A DNA stretch of 56,097 nucleotides, counting the filler, from Dugesia japonica (lineage: Eukaryota): NCBI GenBank assembly GCA_001938525.1. It is 5 parts of 5 records of this genome, joined end to end, with 100 filler letters (N's around TTAATTAATTAA, not from the genome) between each part and the next. Parts side by side here need not be neighbours in the genome. Positions count along the whole stretch, not along the records: positions 31,545 to 41,689 come from MQRL01646930.1; positions 41,790 to 56,097 come from MQRL01580900.1; 3 more parts are not named here. The stretch is one strand, 5' to 3'. The position numbers and the translations under genes were made by a program. The stretch's first letter is position 1; each line of letters starts with the position of its first letter. This document shows, piece after piece, positions 38,961 through 51,080 of this stretch. The notes beneath the pieces are model-generated. The model ran no database searches. It was not told where the DNA came from and worked only from the letters and a program-made list of their open reading frames with translations.

Positions 38961-39559
38961 CAATATAGTTTATTAATATCAGTGTCAAAAACGTAAATAT
39001 CTATTCAATCTCTAAATAAAGGTCTGGCTAACCGAAACTGAATAATGAATTGAAAACAAAAGCTCTAAAATCTGATGAGCCGTAAAAAGGTCTATAAAAA
39101 GAATTTTTGTAATTGAGATATAATCCATTTTTAATTTTAGGTATTTTTTATGTTTTCAAAAATACTTATAAATTGTTGAGTGAGCCACAAACTATCTTGC
39201 AATGAACCGTGGGTTGGCTAGGCCTGCCCTAGATCGTTGATTTTTAAACTTACTATTATCACCTACTCCCAGAAAGTTGTGGATACTTACTGTGAGCATT
39301 TATCTAAAACTGTTAAAAACAGTTCTGAATTAAACAATTGTAAATTCACTCTTTCCATTTTCTTACAAATGATTCTGAAACGTTATGACTGAAGTGGACG
39401 AGCTTTAATGAAATGTGCAATTTTCACTGTAATGCTCATAACTTTCTGGAGACCTTTAAATATTTCTTTGATTGTTAAAGCCTTAATATGAATACTACAA
39501 TGAATCCATACTGTATAGAATGCAACTCTGTCACTTTGAAAGTCAGTTCAATGTATTCC

Positions 39560-39960
39560 TATCGACGCTTTGTTATCATTTGTGCATATTCCAACCAATC
39601 TCGTCCTAAATGTTCCCTAATCTTTCAAATGATTAAACCTATACTTACTCATTTGTTGAATTCAAATAATTATTGTTATGATTAAGAATACCATAGTGTT
39701 AACTAGTACGTGATACATAAAAACACATTAGCAGCCCATGTATCACTGAATAAAACGACTCCTTCAGAAATAAAATGTTTTATGATATATCTTCAGGTAT
39801 CTGTGTCTCTGTGATTCACCGTCTTTAATCAGATTTTTCTACAATCTTTTCCTAATTGTACCAATCACATCCAAGATACAGTTCTCACTCTTCGTCTTTT
39901 GTACTTTCCTAGCAATAAGTATTTCATCATTTTCTCCAACCCAATTTTCCCCAAGAATAG
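39560..39960 (-). mobile_element. Merlin (IS1016/ISXO2-like) transposase remnant
   Basis: DE..RKYKRRRV...TVNHRDTDT..IIKHFISEGVVLFSDTWAA matches the Merlin RKY.RGR...R...TL...SD.W motifs. Confidence 0.65.
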
Positions 39961-42900
39961 GATGTTTGATCAATTTTTCCATGCGACTGTAATAGAATCC
40001 TAACTCTTATTTTCTTTTAACAACACTCTCATTGCATCTTGAAAAATTCGAATATTCCCAATCTCCACAAAATTAGCTGTAACTCGATAGAAAATCATTG
40101 ATTCGGCTTTTTCACTTTTTCTCAACAAAATTTCACCTCAACAACTGAATTAATTACGTACTCTGAGATTTATTATTTTACTTTAATTTTATATGGTTTA
40201 TAATTAAATTAATTCATCTGTTAATAATAAATACTTTTATAATTCTGGTAATAAAATGATATATAATNNNNNNNNNNNNNNNNNNNNNNNNNNNNNNNNN
40301 NNNNNNNNNNNNNNNNNNNNNNNNNNNNNNNNNNNNNNNNNNNNNNNNNNNNNNNNNNNNNNNNNNNNNNNNNNNNNNNNNNNNNNNNNNNNNNNNNNNN
40401 NNNNNNNNNNNNNNNNNNNNNNNNNNNNNNNNNNNNNNNNNNNNNNNNNNNNNNNNNNNNNNNNNNNNNNNNNNNNNNNNNNNNNNNNNNNNNNNNNNNN
40501 NNNNNNNNNNNNNNNNNNNNNNNNNNNNNNNNNNNNNNNNNNNNNNNNNNNNNNNNNNNNNNNNNNNNNNNNNNNNNNNNNNNNNNNNNNNNNNNNNCTT
40601 TTAATTCTATAAATTACTATCAACTATACACATTCCTTATTTTCTGGTACAGTTTCCGAAACGTTTGTCATTTTTTGGTCATTTTTGATACAGGACGTTG
40701 AATAATAAAATCCATTTTCTTTTAAAAACTTTGCTGAAAATCCTACTTCTATTATTGATATAATTAAATTGATCAAAAGAAATATCTGAAAAATTTAATA
40801 ATAATTAAGGAATGATAAAACAAAATTGTCAATAAAAATAATAATACCACATATTCCTATCGAGAACGCACGTTTTAACTATACAAAAAGAGCTTTAAAA
40901 TGAAGAACAGTAAGCAAAAAAGCATTTATCAATTATATGAAAGTAAAAGATTTACTTGATGTGCTTTATAAAATATTACAATCGTATATCTATAGATCCG
41001 CTTTATACATTCAAACAAATCTTTTTTTCTATTAAAAATATTATTTAAAAAAATAAATAAAACACTAAATGTATGTTATCGATAAGAAATGACGGTAATA
41101 TTAAAATTTATTTAATAATATCGATTTTTTAAAATAAATACATATTTTCTAAAAATATGCATTTCGATAATCCTTCAAATTAATTTTTAATATTAAAAAA
41201 ATCGGTAATATATTTCCCCCTAAATTTCGACGGATCATCAGACAAAAATGAAAAAAATGAGTTTATTCAGTCTGTATTATTTAAAAACAAGATTCAAGCA
41301 ATTATACTGAATATAAGATGTGTTGGGACAAAACTTAACCAATTAGTTTATCAAAGAAAACCAATAAAATAATAAAAAATACAAGTACAAAACAAAATAA
41401 GAATAATAAAAACATTTATTGAAAAAATGCAAATAATTTAAAAAAAACAAATATCAGAGTCTTTGAAATGTTTTTGGATTATCTGATAAATTCCTCCAGA
41501 ATTGAATAAAATAGAGCATGTATCCTATAAAGCAAAATAAATTAATCAAGAAACAATTTGATTATACAGAAAAATTACCATTATTCCCTAATGATTACAA
41601 CAATTTTTGGATTATTGTTGTGATTTTCGACCAAAAACAGCCAATGGAAAATAAATCTAAATAAAATTTACTATAAAAATAGCTAAAAANNNNNNNNNNN
41701 NNNNNNNNNNNNNNNNNNNNNNNNNNNNNNNNNTTAATTAATTAANNNNNNNNNNNNNNNNNNNNNNNNNNNNNNNNNNNNNNNNNNNNGATTTTATTTT
41801 ATTTCAATTATTAATTGATGTAAAGGAAATTGTATTAAAATATCACTTGTTCAGATTGGCAACACTGTTGATAACATTTTCTAACTCAATAATTTGCGTT
41901 GAAATAAACACTGTAATTTCATATTCTAAACATTTTAACTTAATTTTCAAATTCATATCATTAAAAATTCATTGTAGTCAGAATTAATATAAAATTATGT
42001 CAATCTGCTTCGAATTGTAATCGATTTTTATAAACTAATGTCGACACAATACACATTTATTGACTTCATTCAAAGTTATCAATTTTTGACGCCAGACAAT
42101 AATGTCTGGAAATAAATCTAAATTAATGTCATATTAAGAGATTAATACAATCATCCTGTTCTAAAAAATATTATTTATCCTTTATTTTTTTTTAAAAATC
42201 CATGGAATGCCTTACGACTTATTATTAAAAGTTACTGTGAAAATATTCACAGAATTTCCACTTGCATAGACTAGAATTCATTGATTGAACTGTGCTAAAT
42301 TCTCGAAGAAATGAATATTAAAAATGAATTTATCGAATGCTGCAGCGAAATAGTCTAGCCTAATTAAAACAAGCATTAATATTTAAATGTATGTGGGTAG
42401 ACGTGTGTATGTGCGACTGTGTGCATTAAACCGTCAAACTTAATCGATTTCTCATTCACGTCTGGTTTGACCTCACCAGTACAAAATATCAATACAATAA
42501 AACCATAAAATATATATATATATATATACATATTTCTATATATTCTCGTTGCATATTTGAGTTTCACAGAACGCAAACACTACCCAGTCAACTAGCGTGT
42601 GTATACCGCAATTTCAAGAAATTTTTAACTGACACACAAACCAGTGATCAATGTCTAGGCAGTGTAGACAATTGAAATGAAAAATACGTGTGTAAGGAAT
42701 AGAAAAACAGACAATCTCTCTCTGTCTATATCACAAGTCGAATTCATTTGACAAACTAGGTCAAGTTAGTGAACTGCCTCAGTTTATCTATAAATGAAGC
42801 ATACGAGGACAGATGCGCTATACATTACACATATCCCGATCCTAGAATATTTATTGCGCATTTTATACATCACTTGAATAGATTTATAAATGTTTTGTTA

Positions 42901-44321
42901 ATGATCTTTTCTGGCTTTCGGAAATGTTTTGTAAGTTACTTTATTGATTAGTTTAATAAAATCGATTTTATTGNNNNNNNNNNNNNNNNNNNNNNNNNNN
43001 NNTTTTTTCTGTATTTATATCCCTGAGACCATTGACTGTATTGGTTAAATAAAACAATGTAGTTATTGGTGTCAGGATTGTGGATATAGAACAGTCATAT
43101 TGATTTTTTCAAATTGAATTTGCAAAAAATTTTGATCAATTTATTTTAATACTTTGAATAGAATGCAAATTATCGTGTCATACGAATTTTAAGTAAGAAA
43201 TTTGTTTTTTATTAATTATTGTCATTATTGATTTACTGTAGAACAGAATGAAATTTTGTGATTATTATATTTTTGAAACCTTATTTCAATCAAAAGTAAA
43301 TATTTTTTGATTTTTCTTTAGTTCAATAAGTTATAATCATTAAAAAATAAATTCCTTGAGTATTAGATAAATTTTTAATGATCTATTTTTTAACGAACTA
43401 ATTTAGTTAAACTAAAATAAATATTTAATTCGAATTTGTTTAGATTTTTTATAATACTTCGATTCGTAAAATTTTTAGATCGGTTAATAAATAACTCATA
43501 TGAAGGGAAAATGTCTTAATATTTTTTAACAATATAAGATTTCTAATTTAATTGACAGTAATGTGATGCAGACTTCTGTTGTTTATGATTAGTGTGTATG
43601 CATATATCATTACAATTGGTAGGATAGAAAATGTAGACAAATTCTGTCTGATATTTTTATGAATGTGTGTATCACTGGTTGATGTGTGATGTGATTGTGA
43701 CGGCTTGTGTCGGCAATAATTTGGTTAGTGGAAACTTTTGGCTAGGATATAAACATCGTGTTTATTATCAATAGATATTCATTAGAATTTTAATCGAATT
43801 TCAGCCAGAGCAATTTGATTACTTTAATTTTTCAGTGATAATTAATTTGACTTTTAAAAATTTATTTCTACACTAAACAGGTAAAAGAAATTTATTTGAA
43901 GCACATGAGAAAACTATTTGAGAAATTGCTGCATGATTAATAATATTACTATTCAACTAAATCTGAAAATTCAATTATTTTCATCTTATTTTTGAATGAA
44001 TTTTAACTTTTCTTTTATCGGCGTTAAAAATAACTTGAATTTTCAGCATTAATGTATTAATAGCAATAATAGTAATAATAAAATTACAATAATGATAATA
44101 ATAATATATTAAAATTATTATTTTTAATTAATGTTACTGTGGTCAACCCTCTTACACCGAGTCATTCAGATAGTAGGTTACTTTATAGCACTTTTAGACA
44201 TTTTTGTAATATAAATTGCTGTTGAATTACTTTTTCTAATATTTTTCTTTTAAGTTTTAAAATGAATCCAATGAAAAATAAACAATACGTAACGAATTTA
44301 GCCAAGTGATAAGTAAAGTGA

Positions 44322-44717
44322 CCAGTTGCGGCTCGTGGATGATTTTTGTGGGAGGGCTGCAGTATATACAAGCTAAAATACGTAGTGCGGATTGCAAGTT
44401 TGCAGCCCAGGATATACATCTCACAAAAATGTATATCATGGGTTATCACCACATGCTCAATACACTGACTTTAACGGTGTGCCTCGGTCTGCACTGACTG
44501 CGGCCACGGTAAGTATGCCATCGCACTGACTCATACAATTCACACATCCAGAGCGCCTATCGAGGTACCTAGTTCATACAATTGAAAAATAAATATACTA
44601 CGTACGGAAAAAATATACTTTTGTAAATTATTGTATAGAAATGTAATAGCTATAATAATTTTAAAATGTTTTAATTTTGATGGGAGGGCTGCAGCTCTTA
44701 TGGACGAGCCGCTATTG
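44322..44717. mobile_element. Non-autonomous hAT-like MITE
   Basis: Imperfect TIRs cagttgcggctcgt / acgagccgctattg and a duplicated subterminal tgggagggctgcag. TSD not convincing. Confidence 0.5.
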
Positions 44718-45162
44718 GTGGTGAGCAATCTTATTTCTTAATTGACTTTCTATCATTTGAAATAATACCCATTTGTAAAATATTTCCACAGTAAAAATGA
44801 AATTTTAAATCTTATAATTTCCTCCGTACGTATTTATGTGAATTTATCTAAATCGCTTGAGTTTTATAAATTATTAGAGTGCATATAACTGTAAAAGGTG
44901 CATGAGTTAAATGTTTAAAAAGCCATTAATTTCATGCAAATTTGAATTTGTATAAAAAATTAATGTAAATAAACTTTTTGAAGGTATAACAAATTAAAAA
45001 TGTCTTCGAAATATAAGTTTATTTTTATTTTGTTAATTCTTAAATTTTAGTGTATTTTTTCAGACCATTATAGAATAGTATCGTTATAAATTAAAAATTG
45101 TAATATTATATACTAATTATTCAAATAATTTTAAAATTTTATTAATATCATTTTATTGTTGA

Positions 45163-45220
45163 TTCTACTTAGTGTAATTTTTCTACTTAGTGTAATTTTC
45201 TACTTAGTGTAATTTTTCTA
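45163..45220. repeat. Three tandem copies of ttctacttagtgtaattt
   Basis: Directly visible. Confidence 0.9.
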
Positions 45221-45389
45221 AAAATAATAGTTACATTATTTACATTTAAACGTAAATATCTTTTATAACTCGATTTCCTGAATTTTTACCCTAATTAACT
45301 TGCTCAATTGAACATTCCTTCTTCATGGCGGCTCATAATAAACCAAACTATGATAAGCTAATGTTATTCAAAAATTACAAAAAGTTCAT

Positions 45390-45860
45390 TTACATGCAAT
45401 TACAAATGTTCTTAATGTTTCCCATTATTGTCACAGCATTTTATGATGTTTTATCCAACGTTCGGAAACCATTTGTATTATTTCTCGATTTATATTATTC
45501 CATGTTTTTGTTAGAACCAGTTTAAGTTCATCAATCGTATTCATTTCACTGCAAGCAATCTGTACTTCTTGTTAGAGTATTCCCCAAATTGAGTAGTCCA
45601 TAACATCCAGATCTGAACTTTTTGAGGGTCATTGATCTGGCATAATAAGATTCGTAGTATTCTCTTATGGCAATTTGACAGTTTCTTTAGCAGTATGTTA
45701 AATTCGTCTTCGACACATGAGCTTCTTTTTGTGCTTTTGTTAATTTGTTACATTTAATTCGTTTGTAACACCTTAAAGAGCATATTGCACACTGTCTACG
45801 AACTGATGATTGTGATATGTAATATTCTCTATTAATCTGGTTATTACTGCTATGTTACGA
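45390..45860 (-). mobile_element. Tc1/mariner-superfamily transposase remnant
   Basis: PSKSSDLDVMDYSIWGIL...IDELKLVLTKTWNNI matches WPPxSPDLNPxDYxxW. Confidence 0.75.
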
Positions 45861-46279
45861 TGACGAGAACTTTTTTAGAGATATCTGTCTACAAATGACA
45901 TCATACCGAGTAGAATTAATTTTCTGATATACAATTGAAAACCACAGGTAGAACAATTTGGCAATTTTTTTAATTCGGTGTTCTCATTTGATTAATATTG
46001 ACTTCTCTCTGAAAATCTTTAAGTTGAGGAGCTAAGTTGCTTTTGTATAAATATTATAAAATTTAATTTGATTTATTAATTTTTAATGCATATAGAAAAC
46101 CAATTTGCGTAAATACATAAATTTATTATTATAAATCATTGAGTTTTTTAGGAATTACATCTGTATTTTTCTCTTTTCTTTTTTTTTCTTTCTGTTTTTT
46201 ATTATCTTAAAGTTATATAAGAAGATGTCGCTAAAGGTTATTATTTGCTTTTTCAATAAATATTTAATTTGAAATGAAA

Positions 46280-47212
46280 ACAGAACAAATGAGACAATGT
46301 GTCAATTAAAGGAGTCAATCTTTTTTGTAATTTTCCAAAACATTCTGCAACATCTGATTGGTGATTTTCTCCAACTCAAATAATGGTGAATAGATTTATG
46401 TGGTATTTTAACCTTATGCTTCACATGCCCCCATAAAAAGAAATCACAGGAGTGAGTTCAGGNGATCATTGTGGTCAAGGAGATTGTGAAAACCACGATC
46501 CAATAGGTTTTCATTTAACCATATCCTGCAATCAAAACCCCAATCGGAAGGCATACTAGCCTGTAAAAAAAAGGTTTTTTATCCATTTCTTTCTCAATAA
46601 CCTTTAGCCAAAAATAATCTTTCCAAATTTTCAGATATCATGTTTTGTTTATTGTTTGTCCAATGAATGGGAATTTTAGTAGACCGATTGGGATTCTCTA
46701 AAGTTATGACGGTTTGCAATACCATTCAAATAGAAGTGAGTCTCATCACTAAATATGGGATTTTGAAGATAAGATTATGAATTTCCAATACTATTAAAAT
46801 CATTTATGGCAAAATTTAACTGACATTCCAAATCTTCATGTTGTTTCTGATGAGTTTGTAATTTGTAAAGATGAAACTTTGAGGACTTGAGGATGTTTTT
46901 CATTGATTTGTGACTAATTTGTAGTGAAGACGAGACTTTTCTAGTCGAATCGTGGATATTGGCTTAAAAATTGGATTTTTGCCTCATAAATCTTTTCAGG
47001 GGGTATTGCGGATTTTGGTCGTTGCTTCTCCTTGTCGAGTACACTTTCGGTCTCCGCGAGATTTCTATGCCATTTAGAAATAGTTGCTTTGTACAAGGAA
47101 CACCAATATTCTTTTCAAATACCGAATTAAATAGTAGCTGAAATTCAATAGAATTTTCTTTGCCTTCATACCAACATGCAAATTTGGCTCTCTATCGAAT
47201 AGTAAATCCCAT
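46280..47212 (-). mobile_element. Second Tc1/mariner-superfamily transposase remnant
   Basis: N-terminal HTH-like region with STRKVSSSLQISHKSMKNILK..KFHLYKLQ, and C-terminal SPELTP..FFLWGHVKHKV. Confidence 0.7.
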
Positions 47213-47775
47213 AGCTATCTAAAACGTAAATTTATTCATTTATATATTTACATGTGTGCACAAGCGATGAGATAATGTATATTAGATTTGTTATTCCACA
47301 AATTTATTGCAGTCATAATTAAAAGTGAAAATTTAATTCAACAGCAAAATATTATGTTTATTACAACAATATTTAGAGAATTCATTTAAAATAAAAGCTT
47401 CGATCAAAATTTTGTTTTTTTAGTTTTTGATAACAATTCTATATTTCGACTTTGTCTTCCTTTGGTCTTGCAATAGGTTATGATTTATCTCCAATTCTAG
47501 CGATAATTTTCATGAACTTCATTGAAAATCAAATAATTCTTAAATCAAACAAGAAAATTCATCTATGGTTTAGATACATTGATTATATTTTCTTTGTAAC
47601 TAATTCTCCTTAAGAGGATATTTTAGAATTAGCCAACAGTATAAATACTAACAATAAATTCATTTTAGAGAAATCAATGACTTTCAGATTCATTTTCTGA
47701 AAAGAAACCTGGTGAAATATTAACTACTCAATTATATATGAAACTATTTCACAGTGAATATATATTACCTTGAAG

Positions 47776-49028
47776 CAAGGATGGATCCAGAGGGGGCGAT
47801 GGGGGCAATAGTCCTCGCCATAACCGGATTTCGAAAAAGTTATATAATAATAATGAGCGACTATCCACGTGAATATTAGGATAGTAGTATGATAAAGAAG
47901 AAATAATTAAAAACAATTTTGTATCAAAACGTCGAAATGAATAAGATAAAAATAANNNNNNNNTAAAAATAAAGTAGATAGATAGTGGTGCACTAAACCA
48001 CATCCCCGGATTACAGGGGTTTAGAAATTCGGTTTGAAATTTTGGTTTAGTAATTTGGGATTTATATATGTAAAAACATTAAATACTAATAATGATAAAT
48101 TAAATAAATTTTACAATAAAAATTAACCTTATATAGAAATTGTACTCGTTTGTTTTTTATTGTATTTTTTCATTTATTTCCTCGCGAATACGTTTTGGCG
48201 ATTTTTACCCCTGTTATTTTTACTAAGCATAAAATTCTCTTTTTTGAATAGATGGGTTGATGATAAAATTTGAGATACTTTATTTTTAGAAAAATCTATG
48301 TAAAATATTGAAAAAACCAAATTCTTAATAACTTGGTATAAAAGTATTCGAAATCTGAGCATAAAAATTATTTTTGAAAAACTTGNNNNNNNNNNNNNNN
48401 NNNNNNNNNNNNNNNNNNNNNNNNNNNNNNNNNNTTTGTTTTATTGTGAAAGTTACTTTTTAGGTAATTATTCACTTTTTTAAAATTTTTAACCATTGAT
48501 CTCTGAATGATGAAATTAAATATTTTCAAAATTACGAAAGTAAACTAAGGCTTAGATCAAAAAATGTTTTAACAATTTTTATTAATTTTAAAAATTTCAA
48601 AAATTTAACTTACTTCCCCAAATGTTCGAGTTTATCTTCTTCGAGAGTTGTTGTGATTGATTTATTCAATTTATCTAATCACAACTCCTGAAGAAGATAA
48701 AATCGAAAAATTAAGTCGAAGAAAATTAAATTTTTGAAATTTTTAACCCTAATAAAAATTAAAAAAACATTTTTGGCTTAAGCCTTAGTTAAATTTCTTC
48801 ATTTTGAATTTTAATTTTAATTTTTAAAAAATTAAATATTTAAACATAATAGACTTTTCTACTGGATTTCCGTGAAAATTAATTTAAAATTAATTTTGGC
48901 AAATGTAAACAAAAAATCATTAATTTTACTTTATTTAAACTAAAAATTTAATTCCAGATCGATTACATAATAAATAACGTAATTATTTTTATATCGCCCT
49001 CCATGAAAAATTCCTGGATCCGTCGCTG
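47776..49028. mobile_element. Non-autonomous hAT element with 8-bp TSD
   Basis: TIRs caaggatggatccag / ctggatccgtcgctg. TSD ccttgaag (47768-47775) and ccttggag (49029-49036). Removing it restores the PLE reading frame. Confidence 0.85.
48530..48810. repeat. Imperfect palindrome (~130-bp arms) containing hammerhead-like cores
   Basis: Arms aactaaggctta...atcttcttc / ctgaagaagat...taagccttagtt. The right arm has CTGAAGA-AGAT aaa ATC-GAAA. Confidence 0.75.
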
Positions 49029-50478
49029 CCTTGGAGTAGTAATACTACCATCAAACAGAAAATTGGTATAATTAAAGGTGAAAAAATTCGAGCTGAAAGA
49101 CTATCTTCAAATGAAGAAATGAAATTGATTTCTCTCAAGTTGATAGAAAAATAAATTCTTAAAAAATGGCTATTCAAATAAAATTATATCGAAATATTTA
49201 TCTTTGAATACAAAACAAAATAAAATCAAACCAAAATCTTTTCTAATTAATCTTGAAATCAAAAAACCTTTCTTTCCAAGATTTTTCAAGGTACTTGTCT
49301 TTTAATTCACCCGAATTATTTTTTGTTCTTACTATTAATAAATATATTAATTAAAAAAATGAATTTGTTGCAATTATCCTGTATGTCATGATAAAAGAAG
49401 TAGTCTACAGTTTCTTCAACAACATTGAATTGTGCATGAAATGCATCGTTGTTCAAAAGACCATATAATGACTTTATCGCTGACAGATACATGTGGCGTA
49501 CACGTACAAAAAGTTCGACAATTGAATGTGTTTGATGCGATACTCGCTGATATTATGATTTTTTGGCCACCGGTCTAACTTCTGATAATTAATTTAATAA
49601 CTTACTTCATGTTTTTGTTATTATTATTAAAAATAATTAATCTATTTATCAATTAACAGTAATAACAAAAAATAATTAAAAATAATTTGGATGAATTAAA
49701 AGACAAGTATCTTTTTAAATATTGTAAATAATTTAACGCACTTTGATTTGAACGCTTATTTCTCTATTATATTTCATATTCAATAATTTATTGTTTATTT
49801 TATTTGTTTTATTCTTAATAATTATTTATTTTTTAAAATTATTTTGTTTTCAAAATACGTTAAATTCACTTTAAATATTTTAAGTAACCGTTTGAAAAAT
49901 TTCACTAACAACTGAGATTTAAGGGTATAATTCTTTCATTTTATAGTATGATTATATTTATTTTTTTCATCAAGAAAAATAAAATTCTAAAATTTCTCAT
50001 CTATATTCAGTATAAATAGAACGAATGAGTGAGTCTGTAATTATTTGTTTTTCGTTTTTCATAATTCATCTTTTTTGAGTTTTAATTTTTTTTGTTGCCA
50101 GTTGAATTCAGAAATTTTCTTTTCGATTTTTAAAAAATGTTTTGTTACCATGACATTTTTATTTAAAGAAATCTAATTTAATTTTAATTATTGTAATTTT
50201 ATAATTATTTTTTAGTAAAATCTCTGGAATTATATTATTTTGAAATTATCATTTATTTATTTATTTTTTTCTTCTTGACAAAATCAATAATTTAAATTAA
50301 AATTGACATCTAAAGTTTTGTTTATTCAACTAATTCTTGAATGCCTTGAATATTTTATAAAATGTTTTTATAATTACAATTATTGCGAGAATAATTGTTG
50401 AATTTAACCATTGATAGCATTTGAGATTTCAAAAAAATAAAGTAATAGCTTCGATCAAATTAAATTGTTGTTTTATAG

Positions 50479-50516
50479 ATATTCAAATTTTCGACAATTG
50501 TCTTCTTCAGGAATAT
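50479..50516 (-). ncRNA. Minimal type I hammerhead ribozyme motif
   Basis: Minus strand ATATTC-CTGAAGA-AGAC aatt GTC-GAAA-AT-TT-GAATAT, with perfect stems I and II. Confidence 0.7.
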
Positions 50517-51042
50517 GATTATGACTTCTTGATAGATTAAATTGATATTAGAACATTGTTACAAAATGGTTTATATTTTATTAAAATTTTATTGGTTTAT
50601 TTAATTGATAAATTTTATTTTAATTTTAATCCTAAAATTTTTAATTAAAAATGAAATTTTTTAAATTTTAGTTGTATTTTATTATTTTTTTTATTTGAGA
50701 ATTTGTAACAAAATTTTTAAAATTATAATTATCATAAATTAGTATTCAATTCAATTAAAATTTTATTCAACTCAATTTTTATTATTATGTTATGAAATTA
50801 TTATATTAATATTAATAAATTATTTAAATTATTATGTGAAATTTTTTGAGAATTTCTTTTTATTAATTTTTATTATTTAAATATAAAAAAATAATAAAAT
50901 AACTAATAATTAAACATTTAAAAATTTTCAATTTAATTAAAAATTTTGAGATTAAATTTAAAATAAATTTATTATAATTTAAATAAATTAATAAAATATA
51001 ATAATATAATTAATAAATCTATGAAATCTATCAAAAGTAATC

Positions 51043-51080
51043 ATATTCCTGAAGAAGACAATTGTTAGAAATTTGAATAT
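51043..51080 (+). ncRNA. Mutated hammerhead motif, inverted partner of 50479-50516
   Basis: ATATTC-CTGAAGA-AGACAATTGTTA-GAAA-TTT-GAATAT within an inverted repeat of ~50420-50540 and ~51025-51140. Confidence 0.55.

Larger units (their letters stand above)
34600..39267 (-). mobile_element. Unclassified element, copy 2 (AGTAGGTG terminus, degenerate repeats, small coiled-coil genes)
   Basis: The minus strand starts AGTAGGTGATAATAGTAAG at 39267. Same order as copy 1: terminus, repeat tract, genes A, B, C. It may extend to ~31545. Confidence 0.6.
47460..49240 (+). mobile_element. 5'-truncated Penelope-like RT fragment, interrupted by a hAT MITE and preceded by an inverted terminal repeat (47375-47460)
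   Basis: GLAIGYDLSPILAIIFMNFIE...WFRYIDYIF...TQLYMKLFHSEYILP continues after the insertion as SSNTTIKQKIGIIKGEKIRAERLSS. Confidence 0.85.

Noticed and set aside
39072-39100. ctgatgagccgtaaaaagg hammerhead-like start
   Set aside because: No GAAA after the putative stem II and no closing stem I.
40620-40750. Minus-strand LKENGFYYS resembling a BIR-domain start
   Set aside because: The downstream Cys/His zinc ligands are absent, and the match is too short to support.
41455-41660. Two exon-like pieces around a ~53-bp GT-AG intron on the minus strand, candidate upstream PDE exons
   Set aside because: Stops in the tested frames and no PDE motifs.
44174-44185. Another agtaggt motif
   Set aside because: No associated repeats, genes or boundary evidence. 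A 7-mer can occur by chance, which is also a caveat for the terminus calls above.
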